DNA of 29,805 nucleotides from Fretibacterium sp. (GTDB lineage Bacteria; Synergistota; Synergistia; Synergistales; Aminobacteriaceae): contig JAAYOR010000013.1 in the NCBI GenBank assembly GCA_012520235.1, positions 1-29,805 on the forward strand, in the 5' to 3' direction. The position numbers and the translations under genes are program-made. Shown here piece after piece: positions 24,562 to 29,805 of the stretch. The notes beneath the pieces were generated by a model. It saw only the letters and a program-made list of their open reading frames with translations, did no database searches and had not been told where the DNA came from. The stretch's first letter is position 1, and each line of letters opens with the position of its first letter.

Positions 24562-25875
24562 TCAGGCGATGAAGGAGCTCAACAGAGCATCTGAACGGTT
24601 GCTGTGCCGGGCCCGGAAGTTGTCCCCGCTGCGGGAGGCTGCGACCAAGATTTTGGTGAGACGGTCGGCGTTGTCGAAAAACGCCTTGAAGAGCAGGAGG
24701 TGTTTCAACTCATCCCGTTCGAGGTCGTACTCGGCAAAAGAGGAGGTCCGGGTGACGAACAGCTCCTTGAGGATCTGCGTGGCATAGGGCCCTTCCGGAA
24801 AGAGTCGGGACATAGGGCGCATCAACAGGGAGCCCTTGGATAGGCCGTAGAAAGAGGCCAGAAGATCGTTGGCCCCTACGATGCGGAGCTGCTCCACAAG
24901 CTGTGCAAGTCTCTCCTCCACGTTAGCCGCGGAGGGCCTTTCGATGGGGCTGACGGCCATGAGGCGGCCCTGTCCCATGAAGGGCTGGTGGATGTAAAAG
25001 TCCTGCTCCATGCGCGTGTCGTTGAGCATCAGCTTGTACCGCTTCAGCTCCTCGTGGTTTTTTGAGATGCAGTAGATGGCTTTGAGCTCCCCATCCTCGC
25101 TGGTGGAGGCAAGGCAGGAAAGCTCTGCTTCCACTATCTTTCCGCTCCCTTCCACGAGAAGCGTGTTGGCGCGGATCTGCCCCACCGAGGCGAGCATATC
25201 CAGGAAGCGCAGCGAGTCGTCCTCCTGGCAGAAGAACGAGGGGAAGTTCTTTTCGGTCAGCGGGGCGGGCAGGACGTCAGGGCTTTTGGGCTCCCGGCAA
25301 TAGAAGGATTTTGCCGATTCGCTTGAGCTGTAGACGAAAAAAGACCTGCCGAGCTGCCTCAGGTAGTCTCTGCGGTCCTCAAGCGAGGAGGATTTCAGGG
25401 TTATGCGTTCCCTGGGGCGGAACTCCATCCAGGCCTCTCCTGTCATCTCCAGGAAAACCTTGCCGCTCGTCTCTTCATCCGAGCCCGCCCAGAGTCCCAC
25501 CGGCTCCACGCTTTGCGGCGGCTCCGGGAGGAGGCGGAAGAGGACTCCTGTGGCCTCCGGGAACTGGACAGAACGAGCGGATACGAGGTACTCTCTCTCC
25601 TCGTTCTCCTCAAAGAGCTTACGGAAACGGAAGGACCCACCCTCGTCCCTGTTGTGCAGGGCTTTAATGTAGAGAGACGCGAGCTCGTGACGGACACCTC
25701 TGGTGAACTGCGACAAGCGGATGAGGCTTGTTCCGATGAGATCCTCTGCGCGCGTTTTTGCCTCCAGAAGAAAGGCCTTGTTGCAACCGATGATCTGCCC
25801 TTCTTTCTCTCCAACAACCAATATAGCCTCGGACATCGCGTCCAGGATTGCCTGAGTCTGGGTTGAGAGCTGCAT
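24562..25875 (-). CDS. Multi-PAS-domain sensor protein without recognisable output domain
   Basis: N-terminal PAS motif block (ILDAMSEAILVVGEKEGQIIGCNKAFLLEAKTRAEDLIGTSLIRL). Further PAS-like blocks lie downstream (FLDMLASVGQIRANTLLVEGSGKIVEAE...). No kinase, GGDEF, EAL or HTH region was seen in the 437 aa. Confidence 0.65.
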   Translation of the reverse strand: MQLSTQTQAILDAMSEAILVVGEKEGQIIGCNKAFLLEAKTRAEDLIGTSLIRLSQFTRGVRHELASLYIKALHNRDEGGSFRFRKLFEENEEREYLVSARSVQFPEATGVLFRLLPEPPQSVEPVGLWAGSDEETSGKVFLEMTGEAWMEFRPRERITLKSSSLEDRRDYLRQLGRSFFVYSSSESAKSFYCREPKSPDVLPAPLTEKNFPSFFCQEDDSLRFLDMLASVGQIRANTLLVEGSGKIVEAELSCLASTSEDGELKAIYCISKNHEELKRYKLMLNDTRMEQDFYIHQPFMGQGRLMAVSPIERPSAANVEERLAQLVEQLRIVGANDLLASFYGLSKGSLLMRPMSRLFPEGPYATQILKELFVTRTSSFAEYDLERDELKHLLLFKAFFDNADRLTKILVAASRSGDNFRARHSNRSDALLSSFIA

Positions 25876-25974
25876 TTTAGATCCCTCCGTTCATGCTGTG
25901 GCTGGCGCCTACTGCGATGGGTCATGATTTCGTTTATGATTCCATTTTTGTGACGTAACATTCCTCACCAAAAA

Positions 25975-26002
25975 TCATACTAAAACAAGGAGGTTTTTGC
26001 AA
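25975..26002 (-). promoter_or_regulatory. Candidate sigma70 promoter for the PAS-protein gene (TTGCAA - 16/17 nt - TATGAT on the minus strand)
   Basis: Minus-strand reading is TTGCAAaaacctccttgttttagTATGATttttggtg. It sits about 100 nt upstream of the CDS start at 25875. TTGCAA is itself palindromic. A perfect TATAAT also lies on the plus strand at 26011-26016, but without a good -35. Confidence 0.4.
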
Positions 26003-26344
26003 GTTGCATTTATAATACGGTTGTACTACCGTTTGTTGCTGAAAAAAATAAAAGGCGAGGAAAGGTTCATCGCTATCCTCTGGGGCTTTTCTATTTCCAT
26101 TCATGGGGCTTCAGACCTATTGACTGCAGTTCTTTTTCTCCATAAAGTATTCAGGACGGAAGATTGAGATGAAGTCCTTCCCTGGCCTCTTTTTTGGACC
26201 TTGTTTTTGCAGGGCACTGGGTCCTGAGTTAAACTCAAGAGGTTTTTTAATTTTATCAGATTTCAAAGCGGCTGCTTTGGCGTCCGGCGGAGAGGCGATT
26301 GTAGGGGCCTTGCCGCGTCGAGTGGGACGCGAAGGGAGGTTTGC

Positions 26345-26857
26345 ATGACGGTGCATGCGATAGATGGAGAGCCAGTAGGCAGCCTTGGACATAAAAAGCC
26401 GTGTTCCGGGTCTGCCCGGCGTGCTTTTGCTCTGGTGGAGACCCTTATTCTGATCGTGATAGTGGGCGTAGCTTTGGTGGCTCTGTCGGAAACCGTCGTC
26501 TGGTCTCTGAAGGTCCGGGCAGCCAGCCATGCGGACATCGATGCGTACCTCCTGGCTCAGAGCTGGTTTGAGACGCTGGAGCACAACTCTCCGTCGGACT
26601 TGACGAAAAATTTTGACGCCTGTGTTCAAATGGCCGGAGTGGCCCTTGGGGGGAAGTTCCAGTCGGGTGAGATGTGGATTCGGGGGATGAGGTTTGACGC
26701 CAAAAGAGACCTGCACGAAGCGGAGGGATTTCTGAGAGTCACCTTGACCGTTCGTAAGCCCCGTGTCGGGGACGTGATGGCGACGGCGTCCTTCTCCCGG
26801 AACATCAACCTGTTCTCTACAGAAACCGTCCCGGACAACCTGAACTCAGTGAGGTGA
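26345..26857 (+). CDS. Type IV pilin-like (prepilin-type) minor pilin, PilV/GspI-like
   Basis: GAAGGGAGG ribosome-binding site upstream. A 27-aa leader is followed by the prepilin motif A|FALVETLILIVIVGVALVAL, with Glu at position +5 and a hydrophobic alpha1 helix. 170 aa. The stop overlaps the next start (TGATG). Confidence 0.6.
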   Translation: MTVHAIDGEPVGSLGHKKPCSGSARRAFALVETLILIVIVGVALVALSETVVWSLKVRAASHADIDAYLLAQSWFETLEHNSPSDLTKNFDACVQMAGVALGGKFQSGEMWIRGMRFDAKRDLHEAEGFLRVTLTVRKPRVGDVMATASFSRNINLFSTETVPDNLNSVR

Positions 26858-28020
26858 TGCAGATGAGGCGGCGCGGTTTCACCCTGGTGGAGATGATCCT
26901 GGCCCTGGTTATCCTCGGAATAGTGGGGGTGGCCATTGTCACAACCTTCGTCTCTTTTTACGCCTCGTACTTTCAAACGGAGGACTATGCCATTGCCCGG
27001 ATGGAGATAGAGGAGGCCTTTCGGTTCCTGACCCCCCGGATAACCAACGCGGGACTCGGGATGCCCAACAACCTCTCGGGGGAGGGCACCTTTGTCGCAG
27101 CCTTCGCGCCTCCCAAAAAACCTCCCTACTCCCCTGAGGATACCTCCTTGATGGGGCTTATGGGGGACGCGTTCCGGGTGGAGACGAAATGGGGCGGCCC
27201 CGTGACCGTGACGAAGGGCGACCTGGCGAGGCCGGTCTTTCAGGCGAACGCGGTCACAAGCCAGGTGGCGGATGGGAGCTACGTGGGACCCGAGCTCTAC
27301 TACGCCTGGGCGGAACCTACGGGGGTCTTCCTTGTGCCCGATATCAATAGCTTGCCTTCGAACACAAAGGCCTCACTGGAGCCGCCTTTGGACAAGAGTT
27401 GGGGTTACGAAGCTTTCTCGCAAGACAAGCGATTTTGGAGCGACCGCACCGACCAGCAGCTCCTCTTGGCGCCCACGACCGGAATGAGCGGAGCGGACCG
27501 CCTGTGGGCCATCTTCAGCGCGGACAAGCCGGCTCAGGCCGATAGCTGGATGGTCTTTCCCTCCTTTGGAGCCCCTCTCCTCGTCAAGGGCTTTGGCACG
27601 GATAACGTCAGAGTTCAAGTGGCGCCCAACTCGTTCTTTGACGGATTTGATGATGACGAAAAGGTCCTGGTGGGAGGCGTGCTCTACGGCTTTGAGGAGG
27701 TGCATCGGGTGCGCGCCGCGCGGGTGCGCCTGAGGGAGGACGGGCATCTGGTCCACGAGATCTACGATGGCACGGCTGAGGCACCCACCGCCACTCGGGT
27801 GTTGGCCCGCAACGTGGCGGCGGTCTGTTTCCAGTTTTATCCTGAAACGAGGCTCCTCAGGATGCACCTGGCCGCGCGGGGCCGGGAGACCGGGGAGAGG
27901 GTGCCTGAAGGGGTCCCGCCATCCTGGCCCTCGGTGGCGCCCCTCGACGAATACTTCACCCAGGACGACAGGGCCCGCCGCCTTGTGGTGGAGAGCATGA
28001 CCTGGAGGATACGAAATTGA
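26857..28020 (+). CDS. Type IV minor pilin, PilW-like (large prepilin-type protein)
   Basis: Classic class-III signal peptide MMQMRRRG|FTLVEMILALVILGIVGVAIV (G-F-T-L-V-E). 388 aa. The start is coupled to the upstream stop and its stop overlaps the next start (TTGA). The track start 26854 is GTG; ATG 26857 is preferred. Confidence 0.65.
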   Translation: MQMRRRGFTLVEMILALVILGIVGVAIVTTFVSFYASYFQTEDYAIARMEIEEAFRFLTPRITNAGLGMPNNLSGEGTFVAAFAPPKKPPYSPEDTSLMGLMGDAFRVETKWGGPVTVTKGDLARPVFQANAVTSQVADGSYVGPELYYAWAEPTGVFLVPDINSLPSNTKASLEPPLDKSWGYEAFSQDKRFWSDRTDQQLLLAPTTGMSGADRLWAIFSADKPAQADSWMVFPSFGAPLLVKGFGTDNVRVQVAPNSFFDGFDDDEKVLVGGVLYGFEEVHRVRAARVRLREDGHLVHEIYDGTAEAPTATRVLARNVAAVCFQFYPETRLLRMHLAARGRETGERVPEGVPPSWPSVAPLDEYFTQDDRARRLVVESMTWRIRN

Positions 28021-28730
28021 GAACAGGGACAGAAAGACAGGGCAGGAGACAGAGCGGCAAGGGGAGGCAGTGGCTGCCGACCGCGCGCCGTGAGGGGATC
28101 GTTCTCATCTCGGCTCTGGTCATCATGCTGGTGTCGGGGCTCCTGGTGCTGGCGATCTTCGTACTCACGACTGCCTTCAACCGGACGACCCTGGTGCAGC
28201 GCGGTTCCTACCGCGACTCTATTGAGATGACGAGCCTCGTCGAGGAGGCCAAGGGCCTCATCCTGGCTCTCAATAAAGAGCGGGGCTCCTCGGGTCAGCT
28301 CCTCCTGAGGGGGGACGGAGGCAGCCTTGTGTCGAATGATTTTTATGATGTCCGCTCCCTTGAGGACCTTCAGATCACCACGGTCAGCGAGCTGAGCCGT
28401 GACATCTCGCTGAGCCCCGGGCGGAACGGAAGGCCCCGGCGTCTGACCCTCAAGGTCTACGACGCCAACTACCCGGTGAAGCAGGTGAAATTCACCCCGA
28501 GCTCCGACATGCCCCCGAGCCTCTACCCCGTTCTCTCCGCGCTCCCGTTGGAGGGAAATAAGTGGACGATAGCTGAGGGTAGCGGCTCATACACGGAAAA
28601 TGATGTCATCCCTCAGTCCCACCGGAACTTCGGGGCCTACCTCATCCGGGTCGAGCTGTACCAGGGGGACGCTCGGTTGCGGCGGGTGGACATGGCCTTT
28701 TCGCAGCAGGTGGAGCAGCCGGGGCCCTGA
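28017..28730 (+). CDS. PilX/GspK-like minor pilin (prepilin-like N-terminus lacking Glu5)
   Basis: Basic 25-aa leader, then EGIVLISALVIMLVSGLLVLAIFVL, which is PilX_N-like and has no +5 Glu (as in GspK/PilX). TTG start overlaps the upstream stop (aaTTGAga). 237 aa. Confidence 0.5.
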   Translation: MRTGTERQGRRQSGKGRQWLPTARREGIVLISALVIMLVSGLLVLAIFVLTTAFNRTTLVQRGSYRDSIEMTSLVEEAKGLILALNKERGSSGQLLLRGDGGSLVSNDFYDVRSLEDLQITTVSELSRDISLSPGRNGRPRRLTLKVYDANYPVKQVKFTPSSDMPPSLYPVLSALPLEGNKWTIAEGSGSYTENDVIPQSHRNFGAYLIRVELYQGDARLRRVDMAFSQQVEQPGP

Positions 28731-28884
28731 TGCAGCCTCAGACCTTGGATGCTTTGGATGATTTTTGGATTCAGGGAGGCGGGCCTCTGCCCTTTTTAAG
28801 GAACCGCTGGTTCAACAGTGTCTCCGTGACGGAACGATCCTGTCGCGCCAACGGACTCAGTTTTCGTGAATAAGGAGGCTCTTG

Positions 28885-29805
28885 ATGAAAAAAATGTCGG
28901 GCTTTTTCCGTCACAGGCACTTTGCGGACGTCCGTCGAGTCTGTGTCTTTATGGGGCTGCTGGCCCTTCTGGTCTCAGCCGCGCTGTTTTTCGCGTCCGC
29001 GTCCCCTGCATCTCCAGCCCCGGCAGGCGGCCCCCCGACCGTGAAGTTGAAGACCTTCCTCAAGGGCGATTATGCCAACCATTCCGGGCGCTCCGCCCCG
29101 GTTCCGGATCCCAACGTGCTGTTCCTGCTGGACGTGGGCTCGCCCATGGTCTTCTCCCCCAAGGGCATCATGCCCCTCAAGGACGACGGCCGCACGGACA
29201 GCGAGAGATCAGAGCTGCTGAAGCAATGCACCTACGGCTCAGGGGCCCGGCCCTATAACGAAAATAGCGGCTCCAGCTACTCGCGTTACGGCCGGGACAG
29301 GGACGACACCAACAACATCATCGGCGACCCGGACTGCTACTACACGTCCGACCCCACTCAGCCCTATCTGCTGACCTTTCGCAATAAGTCCTCACAATAT
29401 CAAAAGCCGATTTACGGTTGGGTCAGTGATACGACAGGAATTTATTACGGCACGAGCTATCAGAACGGCTATTACAGCCAGGGGTGGTATTCCTATTACT
29501 GCAGGAGTAATCAGACGCCCCCGGCAAACCCCGTTGTTGGCGATGTTTACTACGAGTGGTCCGGGACGCGCTGGTACCGTCAGACGTACGCCATAACAGG
29601 ATATGAAACATTCACGGTGCAGCCGGGCGAAATGGTTGGCGAGAACCACGGCGCCTATGATAACCTCGTCCCCAACGACAGCCGCATGTACATGATGAAG
29701 CTGGTGTTCTGGCGCCTGACGGACGCGAGTCACGCCGACATGCTCTCCCGGATGAGGGTGGGGATGGCCACGACCTATCAGGAGCAGAACTATGGGACTA
29801 GTTTC
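28885..29805 (+). CDS. PilY1-like tip adhesin candidate, 5' portion (the ORF runs off the window end, has no stop, and is absent from the ORF track)
   Basis: Open frame from ATG 28885 (AAGGAGG ribosome-binding site 7 nt upstream) to the window end at 29805 without a stop. Translation begins MKKMSGFFRHRHFADVRRVCVFMGLLALLVSAALFFASASPA (signal peptide). It continues ...NVLFLLDVGSPMVFSP... (a degenerate vWA/MIDAS-like DxSxS position) and a Tyr/Gly-rich region (GIYYGTSYQNGYYSQGWYSYYC). Its position directly after the PilV/W/X-like genes matches a pilY1 location. The reported 130-aa ORF 28866..29258 is in another frame, Pro/Arg/Gly-rich, and rejected. Confidence 0.4.
   Translation, partial: MKKMSGFFRHRHFADVRRVCVFMGLLALLVSAALFFASASPASPAPAGGPPTVKLKTFLKGDYANHSGRSAPVPDPNVLFLLDVGSPMVFSPKGIMPLKDDGRTDSERSELLKQCTYGSGARPYNENSGSSYSRYGRDRDDTNNIIGDPDCYYTSDPTQPYLLTFRNKSSQYQKPIYGWVSDTTGIYYGTSYQNGYYSQGWYSYYCRSNQTPPANPVVGDVYYEWSGTRWYRQTYAITGYETFTVQPGEMVGENHGAYDNLVPNDSRMYMMKLVFWRLTDASHADMLSRMRVGMATTYQEQNYGTSF

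Noticed and set aside
26011-26016. Perfect TATAAT on the plus strand upstream of the pilin operon
   Set aside because: No acceptable -35 at 16-18 nt spacing on the plus strand. The same region reads as a better TTGCAA-17-TATGAT promoter on the minus strand for the PAS gene. A plus-strand promoter here is possible but not supportable.
28866-29258. 130-aa ORF reported in the track downstream of the PilX-like gene
   Set aside because: It is Pro/Arg/Gly-rich and overlaps, in a different frame, a much better open frame starting at ATG 28885. That frame has an AAGGAGG ribosome-binding site and a signal peptide and continues to the window end. The 130-aa ORF is a frame artefact.

Overview
This is a high-GC (~60%) bacterial chromosomal window with short AT-rich intergenic islands. 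I guess an anaerobe, possibly Synergistota-like, based on PFOR, RqcH, AGGAGG ribosome-binding sites and overall composition.

Confidently recognised genes:
- A single-polypeptide pyruvate:ferredoxin oxidoreductase (49-3633).
- An SPFH/band-7 membrane protein.
- A secreted beta-propeller protein of the phytase-like type.
- Isoleucyl-tRNA synthetase.
- An RluD-type pseudouridine synthase.
- A Cache-type methyl-accepting chemotaxis protein.
- An orphan class-III (Peripla_BP_2-like) ABC substrate-binding protein.
- RqcH/FbpA (an NFACT protein).
- A large WG-repeat protein.
- A multi-PAS protein.
- A tRNA-Leu gene with its own strong promoter and terminator.

More unusual content:
1. A family of modular intergenic repeats. 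It includes a 140-bp MITE-like element present twice, whose terminal inverted repeats are built from tandem CGCAGAT heptads. It also includes a 62-bp hairpin repeat present as direct copies on both sides of the orphan substrate-binding-protein gene, and a short palindromic 'GATGCC..GGCAT..CATG' box at three gene ends.
2. A divergent CofE/FbiB-like gamma-glutamyl ligase carrying a ~140-aa insertion. It is followed in apparent operon order by a CapA/PgsA-family protein and a 640-aa WG-repeat protein, and lies divergent from a GAF-like hypothetical gene.
3. A 4-nt-overlapping type IV minor-pilin operon (PilV/W/X-like prepilins). It is followed by a PilY1-like open frame that runs off the 3' end of the window, so it has no stop codon and is absent from the supplied ORF track.
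4. A tRNA-Leu whose hand-folded anticodon appears to be AAG (A34).
5. A secretion-signal-less HExxH protein with an internal tandem 'GPDGR-YI-GG' repeat.

Many long ORFs in the track (for example 1006..3708 on the minus strand) are antisense artefacts of GC-rich coding sequence and are rejected below.
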